A DNA stretch of 63,627 bases, the filler included, from Octopus bimaculoides (lineage: Eukaryota): NCBI RefSeq assembly GCF_001194135.2. It is 5 parts of 4 records of this genome, joined end to end, with 100 filler letters (N's around TTAATTAATTAA, not from the genome) between each part and the next. Parts side by side here need not be neighbours in the genome. Positions count along the whole stretch, not along the records: positions 21,735 to 39,411 come from NC_068996.1; 4 more parts are not named here. The stretch is one strand, 5' to 3'. A program made the position numbers and the translations under genes. How positions within the stretch are numbered: position 1 is the stretch's first letter; each line of letters begins with the position of its first letter. Under the pieces are notes generated by a model. That model ran no database searches. It was not told where the DNA came from and saw nothing but the letters and a program-made list of their open reading frames with translations. Positions 23,561 to 36,275 of the stretch are shown in pieces.

Positions 23561-25032
23561 GCTATCGTTACAACTTCTAAGGAATATATCTGCAAGCATA
23601 TCCGAAATATGGGCGTACGCGCACACGCACGCACACGTACGCGCGCGCGAGCGCACGCACACACACACACACACAAACAACCACCTGCATACGCAAACAG
23701 ACGCGAACACACACGCATTTAGAGACAGACCTACATAAAATACACGCATTCTTACTGGCGCGCGCGCACACGCACACACACACACACGTTTAGTAATGTT
23801 TTCTAACTGTGACATTTTAAACAGACGTAATTTTTTGAATGTGTATATGTATGCGTGAATGTGTATGTGTGTATGTGTGTGCGTGTGTGTCTAATTGTGT
23901 AGTCATTGGATTTGAATTTAAAGGAGTAATTATTTTAACTAGTACTTAATAATTAGAGTAGTGATAATTAGAGGACTAATAGGTTGTGTATTATGAAGTG
24001 GAATAGGAAAAGTAAATCTTATGAATCAAATTTTAAAGGAGTAATACTTGGTAGTTATATCAAGGAATAATTAAAAAAAAATGAAATTTAGAGGAGTCTT
24101 GCTGTGTCTTTGGACGGTCATTGTGCCTATAATAATAACACACACACTGGTTCAATATCACTTCTGTATTGTTAGTCAGTTGTTTAAATATTTGAATATC
24201 TAACTAAATGACTATCAGTAAAGGAATGATATTGAACAAGTTATTATTGTAAGCACCATGGCCAATCCAAAACGCAACAAGAATCGGTTCACCATGCGAA
24301 TTAGCTTCGAGGATCTTGCAAACCAAATACAAAACTTTAGAGAAGTAATGAATAAGAAATATTTAGAACTCTTATACTAAGAGGACGTAGATTTTATCAC
24401 CGTCCTTATGTGGGGTAGTACCGCCAACTTTGGGAACCATTGATTTAGTCAAATAACAGGAAGAATAGATTATAGAAAAATATATGAGAGAGAGAGAGAC
24501 TAAGACAGAGAGAACAGGAAGAAAGAAAACAGGTGAAAGCTTAAAATAAACAAGATTCATTATAAATGCCAGTTAGAAGCTAATATGAGAAACGTGCCGT
24601 TGTCTGTGTGTCTGTTTCCTTACTCTTTTTCTCTCTCAAAATACTTCTGATAAGGTCATTTAATGTCGAACATCTCAGCAGGAAATTCATACATAACTCG
24701 AGTCTTGGTATTTTTCACATCGTAAACGTTGAAACTAGATGATGCACCTTCTAATGTTGTATTAATATACATCACTGTATATAGTATATTTACTCGTGCA
24801 TTTTAACGCAGCGCCATACTACGTTGGATCACCGGTTATTTCGATTGTCGCTTACGATATTACTAGCTTTCATCGTGTAGTAAAAATGTCCAATTGTAGT
24901 GAAAGAATAGAAGTCAGCGATCATGCAGAGTCGTTGGTCGAACAAAATGTTTAGCGGTATTTCGTCCCCATTTAGGTTCTGTTTTCAAATTTTGCCGAGA
25001 TATTATAATAAGTACCACTTGAGCATTGATGT

Positions 25033-25108
25033 GGCCAGTTAGGCCCTTCAACTATCATCTGACCATTTGGACTCCAGCCTGTCCTATGTGGATGGTAATG
25101 CACTGGCG
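25033..25108 (-). pseudogene. TUBA: Alpha-tubulin pseudogene copy 2: exon-2 fragment
   Basis: Polypyrimidine acceptor 'ttcttatttttcttttgtctag|' is followed by CGC CAG TGC ATT ACC ATC CAC ATA GGA CAG GCT GGA GTC CAA ATG = RQCITIHIGQAGVQM (canonical RECISIHVGQAGVQI). An internal deletion and a SINE remnant (~24900-25040) follow. Confidence 0.85.
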
Positions 25109-25659
25109 CTAGACAAAAGAAAAATAAGAATATTGCATAGAGTTATTTGACTAGAAACTCAAGAGATCGGACAAAAGTAGCAATCGAAGCGGAGAGGGAG
25201 AATTACCGTGGTCTGTAGCCATAATTTTAGGAGACAAGCTGGTGGAATTGTTACCGCTCCAGACAAACATGCGTAACAGCATTTTCTTCGGCTTTACGCC
25301 GCAGGATCAAACGCCACCAAGTTTGACTTTGCTGTTCAGCGTTGATAAAATAGGTACTAGTTAAGCTACAGGGGTCAACGTAATCGACTGATCCCAGCTA
25401 TCAGACTTGCTGGCCGTGTACCAAAAATATCTTTTAGTAGCGATTCTATCCATTATTGCATGAGAAAAATGCCTGAATTGATTGGATTATTAACAAAACA
25501 TTATCACAAAGAAATTCGAACAAATCATTTTAATTTAAAATATTTATTCAGAACATACAAAAAATTTACTTATTTCGAATATGCTAAAATTTATTTATTT
25601 CCAACAAGTAATATAAACAAGAATACAATACGATTTTCATAATCGTTAAACGAGTTAAT

Positions 25660-27460
25660 TAATATTGGGGCAGTGTGTACGCGCTCGTGTGCGTGATCCC
25701 ATTTTTACTTCGATTTCATATTCTTTGAAGTCTTGTGTTTTGAAGAAGTTAGAAGCTTCTTCGTAATCTTTCTACAGAGCAGCCAAATCTTCGCGGGCTT
25801 CCTCACACTTGCTTTCCTCCATACCTTCATTAACATACCAATGAACAAAAGCTCGCTGGCAAGCATTAAGTTAGTCTTATAACTTAGACGGGCCCAAGCT
25901 TTAGCAATAGCCGTGGTATTGTCCAGCATACAAACGGTATGTTTGACCTTGGCGATGTTTCTTTTAGGGCCAACAAATGGGGATTGAGAATTAATACCAA
26001 CTTTAAATCCACAAACCGGATGCTTTTTTCCCGTTTAAGCGCCGCAATAGCAGCGTTAACATCACTCGAGGCCACATTACCTCGGTATAACAGACAACCC
26101 ATATACTTCCCACGGTGAGAGTTACATTTAATTATCTGATTACCGGTTTCGAAACACCACTTGGTTTGTTGGAAAACGTTTAATTCCTCGTTGTACGCTT
26201 TCTCAACCGAAATAATTGGTGCATAAGTAAATAATGGGAAATGTAATTGCGGGTAGGGTGCCAAGTTAGTCGGTAAATCGTTTAAATCCATATGAAGAGA
26301 CCCAGCAAACCTTAGAGAAGTAGTAACGGAGCTCCCTACTTGAGCAGGTAGAACATTTAGGCTTTTTAACGTCGGGTACCCAACAATTAAATGTTTTTTA
26401 CAGAGACCATAATGTACTTCATTGTCGAACATAAATGAGCAACTAGAATTTTCTAGAGTAGCATGAGTAGTTAGGACGGAATTTTACGGTTCTACTACGG
26501 CTGAAGAAATTAGTGGTGATGGGTATTACGCAAAATTAAAATTTCTCCTCTTTGCTGTCAGATGCTTCATGAGAAGAGCTGTAACTCCAGAACTAGTGCC
26601 GCCATCGAGACTGTAGAAAATCAACAAGCTTTGCAGGCTAGAACATTTATCAGTTAGTAGTCGTATTTCGTTGCAAACTTCTTCAATTATTCCTTTCCCA
26701 ACAGTGTAATTACTCCGCGCGTAATTACATGACGCATCATCATGTGTGTTGATTATTCGATCCGAGTGAAAAACTTTTTTGTACTTTTCAACACGTATTT
26801 CATCTGGAAAATAAGATATTGAGCAATAATCATATCATATCAATACAATAATTAGTTATTCTTATAACCAAAATAACATAGAATTTACAGATTACTAACT
26901 AAATTTTACTGGGACTTGCTTTATTAGTCGTTCAATCAAAAGTCCCAATTCTATGGCAAAATGGTAATTTCATGTACGACATGGAATTAATCCCACAGAA
27001 TGTATTGCCAACAATACTTACATTTAAATAACGGATAAATTTATAACAGAATTTCACTAATCTACTTGCATTTAACTGAGAATTTAGTCACATTTTATTG
27101 CTGTTATCAGTTCTGCTGTACAACACAATTTTGAAATATTTTCCAATATTTCAGAAAAATATGTATTTAACGGGGTTTAAAAATATAACAATGAAAAGGA
27201 CCCACTGCTTCATCATGTCACGAATCTCCTTTGAACTTTTATCCGAAAGAAAGACAATACAAATGATCGATTAGCCAAAACATTGAATGCGGATTGTGAA
27301 TTCGTTTAATTTAATCTTGTAAAAAGAAAATTTGGAACATCTATACTTACCAACACCTCAAAGAATGCGTCGGACGTGTCGCTAATACCAGTAGGCCGTT
27401 CCAACCGCCCATCTGTCGCTATCCCATGCTCTTTACAAAAAAAGATCCCAACTGGCATAG
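25660..27460 (-). pseudogene. TUBA: Alpha-tubulin pseudogene copy 1 (unprocessed, divergent, multiple lesions)
   Basis: Exon ~27455-27351 (WDLF[+1]CKEHGIATDG... ending at a gtaagt donor). Acceptor ttattttccag| at 26804, then DEIR...DDASCNYAR...SLRFAGSLHMDL...PYPQLHFPL...LLYRGNV...AWARL...[14 protein letters not shown]. Carries at least 2 premature stops, at least 4 frameshifts and loss of WCPTG. Confidence 0.95.
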
Positions 27461-29469
27461 TGTACAGAGTTATTTGACTAGAAAGTCAACAGATCGGACA
27501 AAAGTAGCAATCGAAACAAAGGGGGAACATTACCGCGGTCTGTTGCCAGTTGAATTCCTTCATATTTTACACTATCGATTAAAATGTTGCATTATGATTT
27601 CTTTCATAATTTACCCTATCGATTGCATTATATTGATCGAAGTCTACGTTCAGCAAAAAAGGTAGGATGAAAACGGAAACACCTTTGAACAAGTTATTTT
27701 TCTTTTACAAACAAATCTTCTGTGGGTTAAACAAGGAAAAAAAAACATTGAGAAGTCCAGAAAAAAACATTTACATTGGTTCTCCTGAGAATTGGAATAG
27801 CTGAAACAAGTCGCCTTTCCAAAATCTAACTGATAACACTGCGAAAATATTTATTTACAAATTCACTCGAATATTTCAGCACACTCAAGTACTTTAAATA
27901 ACATTCATGTGTAGCTGTGCGTTTAAGTTTGCAGTTCAATTTCTCATTTCAATACCACTTTAGGATATTTTGAGTAAGTGAGGTCTAGCATAGCTGGGGC
28001 TCAACATTGTAAATGGATGTGGTAGCCATGTGGACACACGTCAGATGAACTGTGTTCCTAATTAGAGAGCCCATGTCGCTTACAAAGGTCACCCATTGGC
28101 CTTCCTAGAGATTGCGTGAAAAGGTTCAAAAGATTCTGAAATAGTCAACCAATTACTCAAGTTACTGATTTGAATTTTGGTAACGTTAGAATTGAGGGTC
28201 TGTTAAAACTAAAAACGGTGCGGCAGACATGGAAAATTTATATCCAGCAAATATTACAGTTCCACAATAAACTGGACTATATTAAACTAGAATTGAAAAA
28301 TGCTCACGCTCAAAAGTGTTACAAAATGGAACTAGCATTGTTGTTCAAAAATATTGGAATCACTATATGTTGTACATTCTGTCGCATCTTAAAATGGAAA
28401 TAGACTTATGTGGGAATTACGAAGTCACGATGATTATTAAACCGAGTTTTTGATATAAAAATTTGAAAATGTACAAGATATGATCTTTAACTTCGAATAA
28501 GTAAATTCATTATAATACTCATCATACCAAAGTATATAAAACACATATTCCACACTGCATGCAAATTACCAGTATAATATTAAAAAAAAAATTGGATGAA
28601 GTCGTACCGATATAGCAGCGAAAGTACGAAACTGAAATAATTATAAACAAAGATAATTTTCATTATGATACACATTTATGGAATAATTATGCGAATTATT
28701 TTTGATTGATTACTTGTAAATTTATAAAAAAATATCATTCATAGATTAAATTATTGCGTAAAGTTGACAGTATTTGTACACAATTGTTTTGATAAAATCG
28801 AAAATTGGATAATTTAATTTAATTTCGATGAACAAAACAAATTTCTTGTGATAAAAGGATGCCACAGAATGTACAACATATAGTGGTTCCAATATTTTTA
28901 AGCAACAATGCTAGTCCCCTACTTTTTAAGGTTTATTTTGACATTATGTAACCCTTTTGAGCGTGCGCATTTTTCAATTCTAGTTTCGTACGTTTTAAGG
29001 CAATGCTTGTAATATTTTATATATGTACGGTATTTCGCCTAATGATGTGGCAGCTGATGGATGTACGTGTGTGTGAGAGTGTGTGTGCGAGCTTGTTCTT
29101 GTGTGTGAGAGTGTGTGCGTGCGTGCGTGCTTGTTCTTTTGTGTGTGAGAGTATGTGCGTGGGTGCTTGTTCTTGTTTGTGAAAGTATGTGCATGCATGT
29201 GAGAGTGTGTACGTGCATGAGTGTGAAAGTGTGCGTGCGTGAGTGTGAGATAGTGTATGCGTGCGTGAGTGTGTGTGTGTGTGTGTGTGTGTGTTCGTGA
29301 GTGTGAGAGTGTGTGCGTGCTTGCGAGCGGGTTTTTTTATAGTCCAACAAATCTTGTTTAATTTAGCTTTAAAATTGATAGAAATCATTGTCATTTACAT
29401 TTCTTTCTTTCTCATTTTCTTTAATGAATAGTAAGTGTTAATTTACATTTCTTCCTTTTCTCCTTACAC

Positions 29470-29578
29470 GTTGCAATATTTCGGCTCTCTGATGCATGTT
29501 GCAATATTTAGGCTCTCTGATGCATCTTACAATATTTCGGCTCTCTGGTGCATGTTGCAATATTTCGGCTCTTTGATG
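29470..29578. repeat. 4 x 28-bp minisatellite
   Basis: Unit gttgcaatatttcggctctctgatgcat. Confidence 0.93.
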
Positions 29579-30111
29579 GCTAAAAAATACGGCTTTTTCG
29601 ACCTTGACCTCGTTTTCTTGGAAATTTACGGATTTTACATACATAAACGAAGCAGGTAAGAACAAATATGGAAGGCTTTAATCAATTTTAAAATGTGACA
29701 TTGTTTTGTTACATCTACACACCACACACATAAATACATAAAAACAGAACACGCTCGCGCGCACACATGCACAGACGCACACTCACACACACCCAGTAGT
29801 TTTCTTCACATGCATAAATACATAACACGCTCGTACATACATATACAATAATAAGCACGCAGAAACACACGCACACACAAGAACAAGTACGTGCACGCAC
29901 ACACACATACGCACGTACAGCCATTAGCTTCCTCTTCCGCTTCGACACAGCAAATAGAACAAGCACATACGAATAACAGGCAGCTGCATGCCAAACAATC
30001 GCTCATTGGTTGATGATGATTGAAGATTAACCAATGAAACGCAACGCCATGCAAACGGCTACCTTACACTTTTATCCGCAACCTAGGTATATATTCTTTT
30101 TTCCCATAGGT

Positions 30112-30306
30112 CAAGGCCCGAAATTTTGGGTAAAGGGGCCAGTCAATTATATCGACTCCAGTACGCAACTGGTACTTAATTTATCGACCCCGAAAGATTG
30201 AAAGTCAATGTCGACCTCGGCGGAATTGGAACCCAGAACGTAGACAGACAAAATATTGCTAAGCATTTCGCCCGGAGTGTTAACATTTCTGCCAGCTCGT
30301 CGCCTT
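30112..30306 (-). mobile_element. SINE family A (a partial second copy follows at ~30340-30425)
   Basis: 'actggtacttaatttatcgaccccgaaag..tgaaag..aatgtcgacctcggcggaatt...gccagctcgtcgcctt'. Confidence 0.88.
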
Positions 30307-31204
30307 TCTTAAATATAGAATAAGCCTTTCTACTAAAGGCACAAGGCCAGAAAATTTTGGGGAGGGAGACTAGTCGATTACATCGACCCCAGTGTTTCAC
30401 TGGTACTTAATTTATCGACCCCGAAGATTTGTCAGTGAACAGGTCGCGGTTTCAATGCGACGAAAATATTTTGACACAAATGAAGTTACAATGTTGAAGT
30501 GCAACTAACGGTATTTGTGTGTTCTTGAATAGTTTACAAACATCATCCATGCTGCAATTCTTTTTCTTGAATCTAAAACGGACGACCAAGAAAGATGATA
30601 TTTGAACGCAAATATTTTTCAAATGAATTTGAATTATTTTGCTTTTATTGTTTTGATGGCGAAGAATGTGTTTAGAAGGTTAATTAAATTCACAAAGTGA
30701 GAAATATGGTTTAGTTTTAATCTCCAGTTTTAACTCATTTTAGTCCGCTGAGATTATCAAGAAAAGAATAAACATTACAACTTCCTATTTTCTCTTCCTC
30801 CTTCAAAAATGAATTGAGCCTCGTAATAATAAACAATGTCCATCTTTTATTGCTATAATTTAAAAAAACATTCATCATTAAATACAGAAGCAAGCAGCAT
30901 CAGACAACTCCAAACGAATAATTTGTTTTGATAACCTGCCATGATATTGAAGTTATTATAAAATAATAAAGAATCGACTTTTCAATATAGTGATATTTAT
31001 TCACATTTAGAAAATGTTTTGTTAATTTTATTTGTTATTTTTGTCAAATTTATTATCATTTTTTTTCTTTAGTAAATTTTTAGAGTTGAATTATTCTCTA
31101 TGTCGTAAAACGACCTGTGCGATATAGCCGAAAAAATGTCATGTAACGGCATACTATTTATTACACGAAGAAAAAACCCGAAATATGTAGACAACTCCAG
31201 AAAT

Positions 31205-31444
31205 ATTTATTTCTTTATTGCCCACAGAGGGCTGAACATATAGTGAACAAGTAAGGACTGACAAAGGGATTAAGACGATTACATTGTCCCCAGTGCATAA
31301 CTGGTACTTAATTTATCGATCCCGAAAGGATGAAAGTCAAAGTCGACCTCGGTGGAATTTGAACTCAGAACGTAACGACAGACGAAATAACTCCGCTAAG
31401 CATTTTGCCCGGCGTGCAAACTTTCCTGCCAGCTTTCCGCCCTT
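31205..31444 (-). mobile_element. SINE family A
   Basis: Same head and core motifs, reverse-complemented. Confidence 0.88.
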
Positions 31445-31822
31445 TGTTACTCTATATATCGCCCCAAGACCAACGGTTACAGAGTAGGTAGACAAGAATG
31501 ACAATGGTAAGTTTGGTATCGTTTTATTCCCATCTGTTACTCTACAAAATAATAAGGAATCGACTTTTGAATGTAGTAATATTTGTTCACATTTAGAAAA
31601 TGTTTTCGTTTATTTTATTTGTTATATTTGTAATTATTTATATCTTTAGTAAATGTCTTTTAATAATTTTTAGAGTTGAATTATCCTCTGGGTTGTAAAG
31701 TGATCTGTGCGATATAGCCGAAAAAAAAGTCATAATATTTATTACATGAAAAAAAACTTGAAATATTTTGACAACTTTAGAAACATGGCTGAAACCCATA
31801 AAAGATAAAAGACACACGCACG

Positions 31823-31884
<62 letters not shown>

Positions 31885-33049
31885 TATATATATATATACA
31901 GGGTGCGTAAGATATTTGAGAACAGGTTTATGTTTATATTAAAAAAAACATATATAATAACAGATAATAACTTTATTTATCAAAAAATGCTATGAGGATG
32001 ACACCTGGTGGTTCTTTCCCTCAGCAAACTGGGGAAAGATACAATTTTTGAGTACAGGAAGATTCGCCTAAATGACAGATAAAGTGAAATGAATGACAGA
32101 TAAAGTGAAAGTGTCTGTCAGGCAGGTATCTGTCGGGCAGGTATCTATGAGGCAGTTGTTCATCAGGAAGTTACCCGTCGGGCAATTGACATAGTACCCT
32201 AAAACATGACGCCTTTATTCATTACACTATGAATCAATCGAATCAATCGATATTTTTAACGGGTAGCCTTCGACATTTCCTAACCAAATGATTTTCTTAA
32301 TCAAATATTTACGCGCGATACATCCCAACCGTCAGACTTGCTAGCCGTATGCCAATGATTATTTTTAGTAGCGATGACTAACACAAAATTTTTCCATCCA
32401 TTTGGATACTGGACTCTATCCATTGTTACATGAGAATAATGCCTGAATTGATTGAATTATTAACAAAACATCATCACAAAGAAATTCGAACAAGTTATTT
32501 CAAGTAAAAATATTTATTTAGAACACACAAAAATTTATTTTTCCAAAAGTAACAAACAGGAATGCAATACTATTTTAATATTTCAATGGTTAATATTTCA
32601 ATGGGGGCGGGCATCGGAGGGGCGATGCATACCTTGCGTGCAAATAAATTTTCGCAAATTATAGCGTGGCCTACCATGTAGTGTTTACCCATGCTTTTTT
32701 TAATTGAACTGAGTTTTTTTTTTGAGTATCACCATTATAAGTATTTATACACCGGTAAAATTAAATCAACTCGTAAATAAACGAAACCCTCGAATCCATC
32801 ACTGTACACACACACTTATGTATGCATGCATGCATGTACGCACACATGTCTACGTGCATAGGTACATGATCTATACACACGAAAACGAGGGTCGATTCAT
32901 ATGAAAAAGAAAGTGAACAAAATGATATGACCACTTGCTTATCGGGAAATTTGTAAGTTGTATTTTTTTAATCTCTTTTTTTTTAAAGATAATTAAACCA
33001 AATGTTAATCATTTCGAGCCAGTCTCCCAATGAATATTTCTGCCAATCT

Positions 33050-33365
33050 GGAAAATCAATGTAAAGTACAAAAGTTTCAAATAGGCCGATACATCTCTTC
33101 CATTGAGGCTGCTTGGACAATCCTTAGCTTTCCAATTCATGACAGAAGGCCTTCAATTCAGCAGCTGTCAGTTCACTTGGAAAATGAACAAAGAGTTTAT
33201 TTCAAAGAAGAAAATGCAAGAGAATTGACGACTGAAACTATTAAGAACGCAACACTAATGGCATTTTTCGAACTGTGATGACTTTGGAATTGTGGAGTTT
33301 CAGTCTCAAGTATCCAAGACTTGATTAACCATGTTTATCTAAACATTAAACACCATTTCATGTTT
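33050..33365 (+). mobile_element. Helitron Rep/helicase fragment, internally deleted
   Basis: KFQIGRYISSIEAAWTILSFPIHDRRPSIQQLSVHLENEQRVYF...TLMAFFEL is the conserved Helitron post-Rep block. It is followed by SSIQDLINHVYLNI, resembling the helicase-region 'LIxxVYPNI' block. Confidence 0.82.
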
Positions 33366-34749
33366 TTGTACTTGAGACTGGCATTGAATCGTCGTGTGTG
33401 GCTTCCTTGCCTTCGAAACTTTGGCTTGGCCAACGTCAGCGACATAGTATTACTCTTTTTTGGTTATATATACAGTCTTTGGTTGGTTTGTTTTATGAGT
33501 TAGGTAAGGCTGTGTGAATGATAACTAGCTGTGCTGTAAGAAAGACAGATGAAGTTGTGGTGTAGAAAGAGAGGAATAGAGGGGAATAAGAAGAAAGTAT
33601 GTGGTTGTAAGCTGCTATGGGTTGTTAGAAAGATATCGCATCACCATATCTTTCTATCAATCCATACCCAGTAAGCATATTATTTCCTCCTATCCGCTTC
33701 CACTCGTCTCTTCCAATAAGACAACTTTCTATAAATCTAATAGTTTCCCGCTGATTGGTTGGTTCGGAGATGTCTATGTGCATTATGTGTCATATTTCGC
33801 AAATTTCTCTTTAAAACGATGTCTACGAAATTTTAGAATCTTAATCCCTGCTTCGGATTTTTGAAGTACAAGATTTATTCAGAGTTTAGTTGTTTTTTTT
33901 TTTTTTCAATTGTTTCTGAAGTGATAGCCTTAAGATGGAACTTACGTAGAAGAATGACAAGTTCTCGGTTTATCCATTGTAAGTATGTTTGTCAAATTTT
34001 TTATTCTAAATGCTTTACAATAGGCTTTTTTCTTTCATTCAATAGACTATTTCATGTTTTTTTTTATCTGATTCTTTTACTTCAATGCTACATTCTCTTA
34101 TGTGGGATGTTGTGTTTTTTAGGATTAATGAAAATTAATGATAAAATACGTATTAAGGAACCGACGAAATTTAATAATAACAACAAAAAGTAACATAACT
34201 CCTTTCATACAAATTTACATGTNNNNNNNNNNNNNNNNNNNNNNNNNNNNNNNNNNNNNNNNNNNNNNNNNNNNNNNNNNNNNNNNNNNNNNNNNNNNNN
34301 NNNNNNNNNNNNNNNNNNNNNNNNNNNNNNNNNNNNNNNNNNNNNNNNNNNNNNNNNNNNNNNNNNNNNNNNNNNNNNNNNNNNNNNNNNNNNNNNNNNN
34401 NNNNNNNNNNNNNNNNNNNNNNNNNNNNNNNNNNNNNNNNNNNNNNNNNNNNNNNNNNNNNNNNNNNNNNNNNNNNNNNNNNNNNNNNNNNNNNNNNNNN
34501 NNNNNNNNNNNNNNNNNNNNNNNNNNNNNNNNNNNNNNNNNNNNNNNNNNNNNNNNNNNNNNNNNNNNNNNNNNNNNNNNNNNNNNNNNNNNNNNNNNNN
34601 NNNNNNNNNNNNNNNNNNNNNNNNNNNNNNNNNNNNNNNNNNNNNNNNNNNNNNNNNNNNNNNNNNNNNNNNNNNNNNNNNNNNNNNNNNNNNNNNNNNN
34701 NNNNNNNNNNNNNNNNNNNNNNNNNNNNNNNNNNNNNNNNNNNNNNNNN

Positions 34750-36275
34750 CCTTACCCAACCCTTCCGTTACTTCACCACCCCACGCTCTTATTCCTCTTC
34801 TCTCTCCTCCCAGCCTTCCACTACCTCAACACCCCTCCCACGTCTAACTCATCCACTCCATCCCCACTTCAGTCTGTTGTTACCATTTCTCCTGATCTTC
34901 CCCTCTCTCAGGCGGCGCAATCTCTTCTCAGTAACGATCTGCGCTTCATCCTCCTCACTCCATCCAGTAACGAATTTCAGACCCGTGCTGATATTCATAG
35001 CTTTGTGCACCGTGTCGACCTATATGCACTATACCACAACACTCCACCTACATCTAATAAAGAGGACTGCTTCACCAACCAGGCCGCCGACAATCCCACT
35101 GGACACCAGCTTCTGGTCAGTTCCAAGTAGTCGATCATTTTGCTGTCATCTGCCAACGTGTTGTGGACCGGTTTAACTTTCGCAGGCATCCCCGACATTC
35201 TAATATCTTCCCGGCCGAACTCTCGGCCCATCGATGTCGCCGACGCTGCAAAAACGTCACCATAAAACCGGCTAACAAGGGAGGAGCCGTGGTGGTGTGG
35301 CGCGCAGACCTCTACAAGGCTGAAGCTCTCGGCCAACTTCAAGACACCTCCTATTGCCCTCTTCCCTCCTAACTACTAACAGACCGTGTCCTCCACTATC
35401 CACGACCTCATCTCCTCCTCCCGCCTTCCTCCCACCGCCTCCAACCTCATTGTCCTCACTCCACGCACTCCCACCATTTACTTCCTTCTCAANNNNNNNN
35501 NNTGTCCTTGCCTCCTAGTGGCTTCCCTCCCCTCACACATTCACGACACTAACCATGCTCTTCGTCTGTTCAACTCTTCTCCTGCCTTCCTGGTCCCTCT
35601 AAACTTCTCTTCACTCTTGATATCAAGAGTCTATAGACAGTGATCCCACACAACGAAGGACTTCTTGCACTCAAACACCTAGACCTTCGACTCAACCCCC
35701 CAAACTGACACCTCCACACTTCTTCGTCTGGCCAAATTTGTTCTCTCCCTCAACTACTTCTCGTTCGCGGCGGATTTTTACCAACATTTCTTGGGAGTGG
35801 CCATGGGAACGAGAATGGGCCCCAACTATGCGAACCTGTTCGTTGGATACGTTGAGACCCAAATATTCTCACGATTTACCGGTCCCACTCCCAAATTATA
35901 CGATAGTTATATTGATGACTGTATAGGTGTGACCTGACTCTCCCGCGAACAACTAGATTCCTTACTCTCTTTTGTCCAATCCTTCCATCTTGCACTCAAA
36001 TTCTCTTGCACTATTTCGAACACTTCCGTCACATTTCTCGACATTTCGGTCGGCATACACCAGTCCGCTCTCATTGCATCCATCCAATACAAACACACAC
36101 TCACACTCATACCTTAACTACTCCTCCTCCCACCCTACCCACACCAAGCTCTCCATCCCCTATTCCCAATTTTTCCGTCTGCGCAGGCTCCGCAGTAACA
36201 ACCGTGACTTTGAGACTCAGTCTCAACTCATGGCTTGCCACTTCATCCTTCGTGGATATCCCCTCACCACTATCC
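34750..36275 (+). mobile_element. Penelope-like element 5'/central part (family 3, same as 16800), frameshifted and gapped
   Basis: VTIKPANKGGAVVVWRADLYK; LGVAMGTRMGPNYANLF; LYDSYIDDCIG; HSYLNYSSSHPTHTKLSIPYSQF. Nucleotide similarity to 16800-17290. Confidence 0.92.

Noticed and set aside
23377-23815. Poly-I/M/D and HT/CV/YI dipeptide ORFs here and throughout the window
   Set aside because: These are di- and trinucleotide microsatellite translations.
27022-27075. Candidate missing tubulin mini-exon (tctcag| ... |gtaagt, 54 nt) for residues ~57-75
   Set aside because: Splice signals and size are about right, but no frame shows recognisable KHVPRAVFVDLEP similarity.
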